From IMG/VR virus record IMGVR_UViG_2531839145_000010: DNA of 36,526 bases; one strand, 5' to 3'. The translations under genes and the position numbers were made by a program. The stretch is from a virus. Its lineage: Duplodnaviria > Heunggongvirae > Uroviricota > Caudoviricetes. The notes under the pieces were generated by a model. That model was not told where the DNA came from. It did no database searches and worked only from the letters and a program-made list of their open reading frames with translations. Positions 19,758 through 28,713 of the stretch are shown here, piece by piece (positions within the stretch are counted from its first letter, which is position 1; every line of letters starts with the position of its first letter).

Positions 19758-19890
19758 CGGTGATCTGAATGCGTTGCTGGATGAAACGGAGGCCGCCTGG
19801 GCGGTCTGTGCAGACAAAGTGGACATGATTATTGCGTGTCAGGAGCGAAACAGTGAACAAACCACAATCCCTGCGCCACGCCCTCAATAA
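19600..19890 (+). CDS. lysC: Outer-membrane lipoprotein spanin subunit (LysC/Rz1-like)
   Basis: GTG start; lipobox LTLSGC after signal peptide; overlaps the 3' end of lysB in another frame. Confidence 0.65.
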   Translation: MRTRIYATGLILLCLLTLSGCGNVRHSPEVQLTVSGCPRVTPCRLEQAAPRTNGDLNALLDETEAAWAVCADKVDMIIACQERNSEQTTIPAPRPQ

Positions 19891-20284
19891 AGCGGTGCCT
19901 TATGTCCGCAATAACCCGGACAAACTGCATCTGTTTGTGGATAACGGTTCGCTGGTTGCCACGGGGGCCAGCTCCATGTCATGGGAGTACCGCTATACAC
20001 TGAACGTGGTGATAGAGGATTTCAGCGGCGACCAGAATCTGCTGATGGCCCCGGTTTTACTGTGGCTTCGGGATAACCAGCCCGATGCCATCAATAACCC
20101 GGCGTTACGGGAAAAGCTATTCACCTTTGATGTGGATATTTTGCGCAACGATGTCTGTGATATCAGCCTTAATCTGCAACTGACGGAACGTGTGCTGGTC
20201 AGCACTGACGGCAGTGTGTCGAGCGTTGAAGCTGTAGCAGAACCCGATGAACCTGAAGAAATGTGGACGGTGAAACGTGGCTGA
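19853..20284 (+). CDS. R: Tail completion protein (P2 gpR-like)
   Basis: GTG 19853 after aggagcgaaaca; NKPQSLRHALNKA... matches recalled P2 R N-terminus. Confidence 0.8.
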   Translation: MNKPQSLRHALNKAVPYVRNNPDKLHLFVDNGSLVATGASSMSWEYRYTLNVVIEDFSGDQNLLMAPVLLWLRDNQPDAINNPALREKLFTFDVDILRNDVCDISLNLQLTERVLVSTDGSVSSVEAVAEPDEPEEMWTVKRG

Positions 20285-20723
20285 ACTGCAGAAGGTGGAC
20301 GACTGGCTGAGTGCCTTGCTGGCGAATCTGGAACCAGCCACGAGAAGCCGCATGATGCGCCAGCTGGCGCAGGAACTGCGCCGGACACAGCAGCAGAATA
20401 TCAGGATGCAGCGCAATCCAGATGGCAGCAGTTATGAACCGCGACGGGTAACAGCACGCAGTAAAAAGGGGCGCATAAAACGTCAGATGTTTACAAAGCT
20501 GCGCACCACAAAATACCTGAAAACTGCCGCCAGCGCCGATTCTGCCAGCGTGCAGTTTGAAGGTAAGGTGCAGCGCATTGCCCGCGTTCATCACTACGGC
20601 CTGCGTGATCGCATCAGTCGAAGAGGACCGGAGGTCCGTTACGCAGAGCGTCGTCTCCTAGGCGTAAATGATGATGTGGAAACTGTCATTCAGGATGCTT
20701 TGCTAAATTGGTTACAGAGATAA
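20277..20723 (+). CDS. S: Tail completion protein (P2 gpS-like)
   Basis: 148 aa; GTG start overlapping R stop. Confidence 0.8.
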   Translation: MAELQKVDDWLSALLANLEPATRSRMMRQLAQELRRTQQQNIRMQRNPDGSSYEPRRVTARSKKGRIKRQMFTKLRTTKYLKTAASADSASVQFEGKVQRIARVHHYGLRDRISRRGPEVRYAERRLLGVNDDVETVIQDALLNWLQR

Positions 20724-20749
20724 ATAAAACCACATTTATAAAATTTAGT

Positions 20750-21616
20750 TTACTTTTTACTGATAAATGGATTCCTATCAATCCATGAGTCCCAGTTTAT
20801 ATAATTGTCATCAAATCCTATGAATTTCATTAGTACAAGTGGCACCAGTAAATTCAAATTTGATGAGTAATCTTGAATTTCAATTTTGCCATCTGAGTTT
20901 TTTTCATCAAGATAGGCAATGTATTTACCATTGTGGAACAGCGAGTGACGGAGTTTGCAGTAATGCATAATGTTTCTTTGAGCTAATGTATGTCCTGTTT
21001 TTTCGACATTAAAACCATATTCTTTTAAAACCTGAGTGATTATTTGTGGCGTTTTGGCAGGGGAGTAGTCATTTTTAATAAATCTGCAAAGTGCTTCTAG
21101 TGCCGAGAATAATAAATAATATCTGACGTCGATATAATTTATTGAGTCGCGGAAAGCTAGCATTGATTTAAAAAATGATGTTCTAAAGGCATCTTGTTTT
21201 AGCATGGCTTTACTATTTAGTTTTTCCATGGCTAAGCAAATAAAATTTTCTCGGCTGTTTGGTGCAAAATAATCTTCCATGATGATAATGCCAGCACCCT
21301 TATCTCTTTTTTTGTCAAGCTTTTTGGGTAGGGATGGTTTGAAATTGAAAGGGGTTTCATCATTTTCAAGTTCTCCTGAAATGATTACATTTTTTTGTTC
21401 AATAAAACTAAGAACTGCTTGTAAATCAAAAATAAGCTGCTGTTGAGTGGCGTAGTTATTCGAGTTTGGTTTGAAAAAACCAGTGAGGATGTACCTATCA
21501 TTAGCCCAGCCATTTTTTTTTAACTCACTCCATGAACTGAAAATAGGAGTTAACTCACCACCGTCAAATGTGATTTTTTTAGTGAAATTAAATCCATAAA
21601 TTGCGATTTGTGTCAT
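20750..21616 (-). CDS. AT-rich cargo protein (289 aa) with possible HEPN-like R-x4-H motif
   Basis: ATG 21614-21616 with taagg RBS preferred over the track start at 21664; motif KLRHSLFHNG; sits in the S-V variable locus (P2 orf30 position) on the opposite strand. Confidence 0.65.
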   Translation of the reverse strand: MTQIAIYGFNFTKKITFDGGELTPIFSSWSELKKNGWANDRYILTGFFKPNSNNYATQQQLIFDLQAVLSFIEQKNVIISGELENDETPFNFKPSLPKKLDKKRDKGAGIIIMEDYFAPNSRENFICLAMEKLNSKAMLKQDAFRTSFFKSMLAFRDSINYIDVRYYLLFSALEALCRFIKNDYSPAKTPQIITQVLKEYGFNVEKTGHTLAQRNIMHYCKLRHSLFHNGKYIAYLDEKNSDGKIEIQDYSSNLNLLVPLVLMKFIGFDDNYINWDSWIDRNPFISKK

Positions 21617-21645
21617 CTTAAATACCTTAGAAATTGTTTCTCTTT

Positions 21646-21663
21646 TGTGTGGTTCTCCATACA
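21646..21663. promoter_or_regulatory. Ogr/Delta-type late-activator site (TGT-N12-ACA) upstream of V
   Basis: TGTgtggttctccatACA, sharing TGTGTGGTT with the site at 14821; spacing to the V start codon is shorter than at the other two sites. Confidence 0.4.
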
Positions 21664-21711
21664 TACGCTCTGTATTACATCACTCTACCCGGTTGTGCAA
21701 GGATCGCTCTC

Positions 21712-22290
21712 ATGAATGCACAACTGACTGAAATCATGCGCCTTATCACCAATCTGATCCGCACTGGTGTAGTCACCGAAGTGGACCGGGAACACTGGCT
21801 TTGTCGGGTGAAAACGGGCGACCTTGAAACCAACTGGATTAACTGGCTGACGCTGCGCGCGGGTAATGCCCGCACATGGTGGAAACCATCGGAAGGTGAG
21901 CAGGTGGTGCTACTGAGTCTGGGCGGCAATCTGGAAACTGCCTTTGCGCTGCCCGCTGTCTATTCGAATCAGTTCGCACCACCGTCGACGTCGGCAGACG
22001 CCTGCGTGACAGAACATCCTGACGGTGGCTGGTTTGAATACGAACCCGCCACCGGGCGCTGGTATGTCAGGGGCATCAAATCAATGGTCATTGAGGCCGC
22101 TGACAACATCACCATGAAAACCAGTGAGTTTGTACTGGAGGCTGACCGCACGCGCATTAACAGCGAAGTGGTGATCAATGGTGGCGTTACCCAGGGCGGC
22201 GGAGCGATGAGTTCTAACGGGATCGTGGTTGATGCGCATCAGCATACTGGCGTCCTGAAAGGCGGCGATACAACCGGAGGCCCGGTATGA
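21712..22290 (+). CDS. V: Baseplate spike/assembly protein (P2 gpV-like)
   Basis: ATG 21712; MNAQLTEIMRLITNLIRTG... matches recalled P2 V; C-terminal HQHTGVLKGGDTTGGPV. Confidence 0.85.
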   Translation: MNAQLTEIMRLITNLIRTGVVTEVDREHWLCRVKTGDLETNWINWLTLRAGNARTWWKPSEGEQVVLLSLGGNLETAFALPAVYSNQFAPPSTSADACVTEHPDGGWFEYEPATGRWYVRGIKSMVIEAADNITMKTSEFVLEADRTRINSEVVINGGVTQGGGAMSSNGIVVDAHQHTGVLKGGDTTGGPV

Positions 22291-22646
22291 CGCTTTATAG
22301 CGGGATGAACAATACCAGCGGCAAAGTCATTACTGATATTGACCATCTGCGCCAGTCGGTGCGGGACATTCTGCTGACGCCGCAGGGTAGCCGCATTGCT
22401 CGTCGTGAATATGGTTCCCTGCTGTCGTCGCTAATAGACCAGCCACAAAATCCGGCATTACGCTTGCAGGTCATGTCGGCAGTGTATGTGGCGCTGAGTC
22501 GCTGGGAGCCACGGCTGACGCTGGATTCCATCACCATCAACAGCCATTTTGACGGTTCAATGGTGGTGGAGCTGACCGGGCGGCGTAATAACGGTGTACC
22601 TGTTTCCCTTTCCGTATCAACAGGAGCAGAGAATGGCAGTGATTGA
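22287..22646 (+). CDS. W: Baseplate protein W (gp25-like)
   Basis: 119 aa; ATGA overlap with V stop. Confidence 0.85.
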   Translation: MTLYSGMNNTSGKVITDIDHLRQSVRDILLTPQGSRIARREYGSLLSSLIDQPQNPALRLQVMSAVYVALSRWEPRLTLDSITINSHFDGSMVVELTGRRNNGVPVSLSVSTGAENGSD

Positions 22647-23541
22647 CCTTTCGCAGTTGCCTGCGCCGCAGATTGTGGATGTGCCGGACTTTGATACGTT
22701 GCTTGCCGAACGCAAGGCAGAATTTGTGGCGCTTCATCCGAAAGATGAGCAGGAAGCAGTGAGCCGCACACTGGAACTGGAATCTGAACCCGTCACCAAA
22801 TTGTTGCAGGAGAACGCTTATCGTGAGTTGCTTCTGCGCCAGCGCATTAACGAAGCCGCGCAGGCGGTGATGGCGGCTTATGCCATAGGGAGCGATCTGG
22901 ACCAGCTCGCTGCCAATTACAACGTGAAACGCCTGACGGTGACGCCTGCTGATAATGACGCTGTGCCGCCCGTCGCGGCTGTGATGGAAAGTGATGAAGC
23001 GTTACGCCTGCGTGTGCCTGCGGCTTTTGAAGGGCTTTCGGTTGCGGGGCCAACTGCCGCTTATGAATTTCATGCCCGAAGCGCCGACGGTCGGGTGGCG
23101 GATGCCAGTGCAACCAGTCCGGCACCTGCAGAGGTGGTGCTGACTGTCCTGAGCCGCGAAGGCGATGGAACAGCAGAAAAAGACCTGCTGGACGTGGTGG
23201 AAAAAGCTCTGAACAGTGAGAACGTCCGCCCGGTGGCTGACCGTCTTACGGTTCGCAGCGCAGAAATCATCCCGTACCGGGTGGAAGCCACTATTTTTCT
23301 CTATCCGGGACCGGAAGCAGAGCCGGTAATGGCAGCGGCAAAAGCCAGCCTGCAGAAGTACATCGCCAGTCAGACGCGTCTTGGTCGGGATATTCGCCGT
23401 AGCGCCATCTTTGCCGCCCTGCATGTTGAGGGTGTGCAGCGTGTGGAGCTGGCTTCTCCTCTGGCGGATATGGTCCTGAACAAAACACAGGCGGCATCAT
23501 GTACGCAGTGGAGCGTAACCAACGGAGGAACGGATGAATAG
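22633..23541 (+). CDS. J: Baseplate protein J
   Basis: ATG 22633 after caggagcagaga RBS; position after W. Confidence 0.85.
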   Translation: MAVIDLSQLPAPQIVDVPDFDTLLAERKAEFVALHPKDEQEAVSRTLELESEPVTKLLQENAYRELLLRQRINEAAQAVMAAYAIGSDLDQLAANYNVKRLTVTPADNDAVPPVAAVMESDEALRLRVPAAFEGLSVAGPTAAYEFHARSADGRVADASATSPAPAEVVLTVLSREGDGTAEKDLLDVVEKALNSENVRPVADRLTVRSAEIIPYRVEATIFLYPGPEAEPVMAAAKASLQKYIASQTRLGRDIRRSAIFAALHVEGVQRVELASPLADMVLNKTQAASCTQWSVTNGGTDE

Positions 23542-24139
23542 TCTGCTGCCACCGGGTTCAACACCACTGGAGCGCCGACTGGCGCAAACCTGCAGCGGGA
23601 TTTCTGATCTGCAGGTGCCGCTTCGTGACTTGTGGAATCCGGCAACCTGTCCGGTCAGTTTCCTGCCTTATCTCGCCTGGGCGTTCTCTGTGGATCGCTG
23701 GGACGAGGGCTGGACAGAAAGCGTCAAGCGCCAGGTGGTGAAGGATGCTTTTTATATTCATCAGCATAAAGGGACCACCAGTGCCGTGCGGCGGGTGGTG
23801 GAGCCGTTCGGCTTTTTGATCCGCATTATTGAGTGGTGGCAGACCGGAGAGGCACCGGGCACGTTTCGCCTGGATATCGGCGTGCAGGACCAGGGCATCA
23901 CTGAAGATACCTATCTGGAACTTGAGCGACTGATAAGCGATGCCAAACCATGTAGCCGCCACATGATCGGCATGTCCATCAATCTGCAGACCAGCGGCCC
24001 GCATTGGGTGGGAGCCGCCAGCTATCTTGGCGAAGAAATCACGATCTATCCGTATATCAACGAAACGATTATTTCCGGTGGCACCGCGCATGAAGGCGGG
24101 GCGGTCCATGTTATTGACACAATGAGAGTGAATCCATGA
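23534..24139 (+). CDS. I: Baseplate/tail protein I
   Basis: 201 aa; position between J and H. Confidence 0.8.
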   Translation: MNSLLPPGSTPLERRLAQTCSGISDLQVPLRDLWNPATCPVSFLPYLAWAFSVDRWDEGWTESVKRQVVKDAFYIHQHKGTTSAVRRVVEPFGFLIRIIEWWQTGEAPGTFRLDIGVQDQGITEDTYLELERLISDAKPCSRHMIGMSINLQTSGPHWVGAASYLGEEITIYPYINETIISGGTAHEGGAVHVIDTMRVNP

Positions 24140-25788
24140 GCACAAAATTTTATACCCTGCTGACGGATATTGGCGCGGCAAAACTTGCCAGTGCCGCCGC
24201 GCTCGGTGTGCCGCTAAAAATTACCCATATGGCGGTGGGCGATGGCGGCGGAGTATTGCCAACGCCGGACGCAAAGCAGACGGCACTGGTAAATGAGAAA
24301 CGCCGGGCTGCGCTGAATATGCTTTATATCGACCCGCAGAACAGTAGCCAGATTATTGCTGAACAGGTGATCCCTGAAAACGAGGGCGGTTGGTGGATAC
24401 GTGAAGTGGGCCTGTTTGATGAGTCCGGGGCATTGATTGCCGTGGGAAACTGCCCGGAAAGCTATAAGCCGCAACTGGCTGAAGGCAGCGGGCGTACCCA
24501 GACCGTGCGCATGGTGCTGATTACCAGCTGCACGGACAATATCACCCTGAAAATCGACCCTGCCGTAGTGCTGGCAACCCGCAAGTATGTGGATGATAAG
24601 GTACTGGAGCTGAAGGTGTACGTGGATGACCTGATGGCAAAACATCTTGCCGCACCGGACCCGCATTCACAGTATGCACAGAAAGAAAGTCCTACGTTTA
24701 CCGGGACACCCAAAGCGCCAACGCCAGCGGCGGGGAATAACACCACGCAGGTTGCGACCACCGCGTTTGTTCAGGCTGCACTGACGGCTATTATTAATGG
24801 TGCGCCAGCTACGCTGGACACGCTGAAAGAAATAGCCGTAGCCATTAACAATGATCCGAAATTCAGTACCACCATTAATAATGCGCTGGCACTGAAAGCG
24901 CCGCTGTTGAGTCCGGCACTCACCGGAACGCCAACAGCCCCCACGGCGGCGCAGTCGGTCAACAATACACAGATTGCCACTACGGCTTTTGTGAAATCGG
25001 CGATTGCGGCAATGGTGGGTTCTGCACCTGCGGCACTGGATACACTGAACGAACTGGCGGCGGCGCTGGGGAATGACCCGAACTTTGCCACGACAATAAC
25101 TAACTCCCTTGCGGGGAAGCAGCCAAAGGATGCTACTTTAACGGCGTTGGCAGGGCTTTCTACATCAAAAGATAAACTCCCTTATTTTACAGGGGAAGAT
25201 CGGGCTGCCTTAACTGCACTGACAAGTGTTGGGCGTGCCATTCTTAGCAAGCCCAGCGCACAGGGCGTTCTTGATTATCTTGGTTTAGGGGATGGCTCTG
25301 CATTACCTGTTGGTGTCCCTGTTCCGTGGCCTTCTGCCACTCCACCGACAGGCTGGCTGAAATGCAACGGAGCGGCTTTTTCGGCTGAAGAATATCCCAA
25401 ACTGGCAAAGGTTTATCCGACAAATAAATTGCCTGATTTACGTGGTGAGTTTATTCGTGGCTGGGATGATTCTAGAGGGATTGATACGGGGCGTTCATTG
25501 CTAAGTGGTCAGGCTGCAACATTTATTCGTACAGCTTTGCAGGATTATTACGGTTACGATCTGAATACTAATGTCAAAGTAGGTATCGCTTTTGCTACTG
25601 CTGATTCTGTTATAACTGTTGGAAACCCAGCTAATCCTAAAGCAGGAAATAATAGCGATTATGTTCCTGCATCAGCAGATAACTCCATAACGGGTACTCA
25701 AAGGACAGCGGAGGATAATTTTACCGGGGCATGGATATCAATGCGCCCTCGTAACCTTTCATTTAATTACATCGTGAGGGCTGCATAA
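24136..25788 (+). CDS. H: Tail fiber protein (P2 gpH-like) with collar-type C-terminal motifs
   Basis: Conserved N-terminus MSTKFYTLLTDIGAAKLA; GWLKCNGAAFSAEEYPKLAKVY...LPDLRGEFIRG motif; AT-richer 3' part. Confidence 0.85.
   Translation: MSTKFYTLLTDIGAAKLASAAALGVPLKITHMAVGDGGGVLPTPDAKQTALVNEKRRAALNMLYIDPQNSSQIIAEQVIPENEGGWWIREVGLFDESGALIAVGNCPESYKPQLAEGSGRTQTVRMVLITSCTDNITLKIDPAVVLATRKYVDDKVLELKVYVDDLMAKHLAAPDPHSQYAQKESPTFTGTPKAPTPAAGNNTTQVATTAFVQAALTAIINGAPATLDTLKEIAVAINNDPKFSTTINNALALKAPLLSPALTGTPTAPTAAQSVNNTQIATTAFVKSAIAAMVGSAPAALDTLNELAAALGNDPNFATTITNSLAGKQPKDATLTALAGLSTSKDKLPYFTGEDRAALTALTSVGRAILSKPSAQGVLDYLGLGDGSALPVGVPVPWPSATPPTGWLKCNGAAFSAEEYPKLAKVYPTNKLPDLRGEFIRGWDDSRGIDTGRSLLSGQAATFIRTALQDYYGYDLNTNVKVGIAFATADSVITVGNPANPKAGNNSDYVPASADNSITGTQRTAEDNFTGAWISMRPRNLSFNYIVRAA
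24697..25143 (+). repeat. Tandem duplication of a ~225-nt (~75 aa) segment inside the tail fiber gene
   Basis: TGTPKAPTPAAGNNTTQVATTAFVQAAL...NDPKFSTTINNALA repeated as TGTPTAPTAAQSVNNTQIATTAFVKSAI...NDPNFATTITNSLA; coordinates approximate. Confidence 0.65.
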
Positions 25789-26390
25789 TGGATAATGCCG
25801 TATTAAATAGCGAGTTTATTGCCACGAAGGCGGGGGATATTACTGTCTATAATTATAATGGTGAAACACGAGAATATATTTCCACATCAACTGAATATCT
25901 TGCTGTTGGTGTCGGTATTCCGGCATGTTCCTGTTTAGATGCACCAGGAACATATAAAGCTGGTTATGCCATCTGCCGCTCTGCGGATTTAAACTCATGG
26001 GAATATGTGCCAGACCATCGCGGTGAAATCGTCTATAACACCGAAACGGGGGACTCAAAAGAAATCACAGTGCCGGGAGATTACCCTGAAAAGACAACCA
26101 CTATTGCTCCGTTAACACCATACGATAAGTGGGATGGTGAGAAATGGGTGACGGATACCAAAGCGCAACATAACGCAGCAGTGGATGCGGCTGAACTGCA
26201 ACGCCAGTCACTGATTGATGATGCCATGTCTTCCATTGTTCTGATTCAACTAAAATTGCAGGCCGGAAGAAAATTAACTGCGGAAGAAACAGTAAAGCTC
26301 GATTCCGTTCTTGACTATATCGACGTGGTAGCAGCAATAGATATCAGCACAGCCCCTGATATTAACTGGCCCAAACTACCAGAAATTTAA
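25788..26390 (+). CDS. G: Tail fiber assembly chaperone (gpG/Tfa-like)
   Basis: 200 aa directly downstream of the fiber gene, start overlapping its stop. Confidence 0.75.
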   Translation: MDNAVLNSEFIATKAGDITVYNYNGETREYISTSTEYLAVGVGIPACSCLDAPGTYKAGYAICRSADLNSWEYVPDHRGEIVYNTETGDSKEITVPGDYPEKTTTIAPLTPYDKWDGEKWVTDTKAQHNAAVDAAELQRQSLIDDAMSSIVLIQLKLQAGRKLTAEETVKLDSVLDYIDVVAAIDISTAPDINWPKLPEI

Positions 26391-26396
26391 ATTCCT

Positions 26397-26421
26397 GCCC
26401 CGCGCCTGCGGGGATTTTTTC
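26397..26421 (+). terminator. Rho-independent terminator after the V-G operon
   Basis: ccccgc-gcct-gcgggg stem-loop followed by a T6 tract. Confidence 0.75.
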
Positions 26422-26431
26422 ACCCCGTCGT

Positions 26432-26449
26432 TGTGCCATTTTCCATACA
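26432..26449. promoter_or_regulatory. Ogr/Delta-type late-activator site (TGT-N12-ACA) upstream of the sheath operon
   Basis: TGTgccattttccatACA, centred about 85 bp upstream of the FI start codon. Confidence 0.5.
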
Positions 26450-26524
26450 ACCCCCATCGCGTGCACCCTGCGCGTATCAACCAGAACATAGGCAGACCCC
26501 CTCTACAACCGGAGAGACTGCCTT

Positions 26525-27685
26525 ATGGCTCAGGATTACCACCACGGAGTGCGCGTTGTTGAAGTCAACGAAGGCACCCGATCCATTACCACGGTGAGCA
26601 CCGCCATCGTGGGCATGGTCTGCACGGGCGATGATGCCGATGCAAAAATGTTTCCTTTTAATAAACCCGTTCTGATCACTGACGTGCTGACCGCCAGTGG
26701 TAAAGCGGGTGAGTCCGGTACGCTGGCCCGTTCGCTGGACGCCATCGCTGATCAGGCAAAACCCGTGACCGTTGTTGTGCGAGTGCCGCAGGGTGAAACG
26801 GAAGAAGAAACTACGACCAATATCATCGGCGCAGTGACCGCTGAAGGTAAAAAAACAGGCATGAAAGCCCTGTTATCTGCTCAGACACAGCTCGGCGTTA
26901 AACCGCGCATTCTCGGCGTGCCAGGTCACGATAACAAAGCCGTTGCGACTGAGCTGCTGAGTGTGGCGCAAAGCCTGCGTGGGTTTGCCTACCTGTCAGC
27001 ATATGGCTGCAAGACGGTGCAGGAGGCGATCACTTACCGTGAAAACTTCAGCCAGCGTGAAGGGATGCTGATCTGGCCGGATTTTATCAGCTGGGACACG
27101 GTGCTGAATGCCGAAGCAACGGCATACGCCACCGCGCGTGCGCTTGGCCTGCGCGCCAAAATTGACGAGCAGACCGGATGGCACAAAAGCCTGTCCAACG
27201 TGGGCGTGAACGGTGTCACCGGAATTTCTGCTGATGTGTTCTGGGATCTGCAGGACCCGGCAACCGATGCAGGTCTGCTTAACCAGAACGACGTCACCAC
27301 CCTTATCCGCAAGGACGGTTTCCGCTTCTGGGGTTCCCGCTGTCTGAGTGATGATCCGCTCTTTGCCTTCGAAAACTACACCCGCACGGCGCAGGTGCTG
27401 ACGGACACGATGGCAGAAGCGCACATGTGGGCGGTGGACAAACCGCTTAACCCGTCGCTGGCCCGCGACATTATCGAAGGTATCCGCGCCAAAATGCGCA
27501 GTCTGGTCAGCCAGGGCTATCTCATTGGTGGTGATTGCTGGCTGGATGAGTCGGTGAACGACAAAGACACGCTGAAAGCCGGAAAACTCACCATCGACTA
27601 TGACTACACGCCAGTGCCGCCACTTGAAAACCTGATGCTGCGTCAGCGCATCACCGATCAGTACCTGGTGAATTTCGCCAGCTAG
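26525..27685 (+). CDS. FI: Tail sheath protein (FI)
   Basis: 386 aa; first gene of the FI-FII-E-T-U-D operon. Confidence 0.85.
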   Translation: MAQDYHHGVRVVEVNEGTRSITTVSTAIVGMVCTGDDADAKMFPFNKPVLITDVLTASGKAGESGTLARSLDAIADQAKPVTVVVRVPQGETEEETTTNIIGAVTAEGKKTGMKALLSAQTQLGVKPRILGVPGHDNKAVATELLSVAQSLRGFAYLSAYGCKTVQEAITYRENFSQREGMLIWPDFISWDTVLNAEATAYATARALGLRAKIDEQTGWHKSLSNVGVNGVTGISADVFWDLQDPATDAGLLNQNDVTTLIRKDGFRFWGSRCLSDDPLFAFENYTRTAQVLTDTMAEAHMWAVDKPLNPSLARDIIEGIRAKMRSLVSQGYLIGGDCWLDESVNDKDTLKAGKLTIDYDYTPVPPLENLMLRQRITDQYLVNFAS

Positions 27686-27706
27686 GTCAGCGCGTAAGGG
27701 GACAAC

Positions 27707-28222
27707 ATGGCTTTACCACGCAAATTAAAACACCTGAACCTGTTTAACGACGGGAACAACTGGCAGGGGATCGTTGAATCGCTGACGCTGCCGAAATTCA
27801 CCCGCAAATATGAGAAGTATCGCGGCGGCGGAATGCCGGGGGCAGTGGATGTGGATCTGGGGCTTGATGACAGTGCGCTGGACACAGAATTTTCCATTGG
27901 TGGTACTGAACTGCTGCTGTTTAAGCAGATGGGCAAAGCCACGGTGGATGGCATCCAGTTGCGCTTTACCGGCTCTATCCAGCGTGACGATACCGGGGAA
28001 GTGCAGGCCGTGGAGCTTGTGGTGCGTGGACGTCACAAAGAAGTGGATTCCGGTGAGTGGAAGACGGGCGAAAGCAACACCACCAAAGTGACCAGTACCA
28101 ACAGCTACGCGAAGCTGACCATCAATGGTGAGGTGCTCTATGAAGTGGACCTTATCAACATGGTGGAAATTGTGGACGGTGTGGACCTGATGGAAGCACA
28201 CCGCAACGCCCTCGGCCTCTGA
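27707..28222 (+). CDS. FII: Tail tube protein (FII)
   Basis: 171 aa; follows the sheath gene. Confidence 0.85.
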   Translation: MALPRKLKHLNLFNDGNNWQGIVESLTLPKFTRKYEKYRGGGMPGAVDVDLGLDDSALDTEFSIGGTELLLFKQMGKATVDGIQLRFTGSIQRDDTGEVQAVELVVRGRHKEVDSGEWKTGESNTTKVTSTNSYAKLTINGEVLYEVDLINMVEIVDGVDLMEAHRNALGL

Positions 28223-28276
28223 TGTATCTGAACGGCGCGGGATTCCGCGCCAGAACCAAATTTACAGGACAACAAA

Positions 28277-28579
28277 ATGAGCGATAAGCAGACTGAAAAG
28301 ACCATTCAACTGGATACCCCTATCAAGCGCGGTAAAACAGAAATTACCGAAATTGTGCTGCGTAAACCGCAGTCCGGTGCGCTGCGCGGTACACGCCTGC
28401 AGGCCATTATGGATATGGATGTGAACGCGATGATGACCGTGATCCCCCGCATCTCCAGTCCGGCACTGACTGCACAGGAAATTGCAGAGATGGACCCGGC
28501 AGATCTCACTGCCATGTCGGTTGAGGTTGTCACTTTTTTGTTGAAGAAGTCGGTGCTTGCCGGTTTACCGACAGCCTGA
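28277..28579 (+). CDS. E: Tail assembly chaperone E
   Basis: 100 aa immediately upstream of the tape-measure gene; contains the slippery site near its 3' end. Confidence 0.8.
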   Translation: MSDKQTEKTIQLDTPIKRGKTEITEIVLRKPQSGALRGTRLQAIMDMDVNAMMTVIPRISSPALTAQEIAEMDPADLTAMSVEVVTFLLKKSVLAGLPTA

Positions 28580-28713
28580 CGGTTGACGATCTGGTGGCTG
28601 ATATCGCCACCATCTTTCACTGGCCGCCATCCGTTACTGACGTTATGCCGCTGACCGAAGTGCTGGAATGGCGGTATAAAGCGATTCAGAGAAGCGGGGC
28701 CAACGATGAGTGA
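28277..28713 (+). CDS. E': Tail assembly chaperone E+E' (-1 programmed frameshift product)
   Basis: Slippery heptamer T_TTT_TTG at 28534-28540 in the correct register; the -1 frame stays open to TGA 28711-28713. Confidence 0.65.
28534..28540 (+). promoter_or_regulatory. -1 ribosomal frameshift slippery heptamer TTTTTTG
   Basis: Read directly from sequence; same heptamer as I recall for the P2 E/E' site. Confidence 0.65.

Noticed and set aside
26391-26524. Z/fun-type exclusion gene between G and FI
   Set aside because: Only about 135 bp of intergenic sequence here, holding a terminator and a late-promoter dyad; no ORF.
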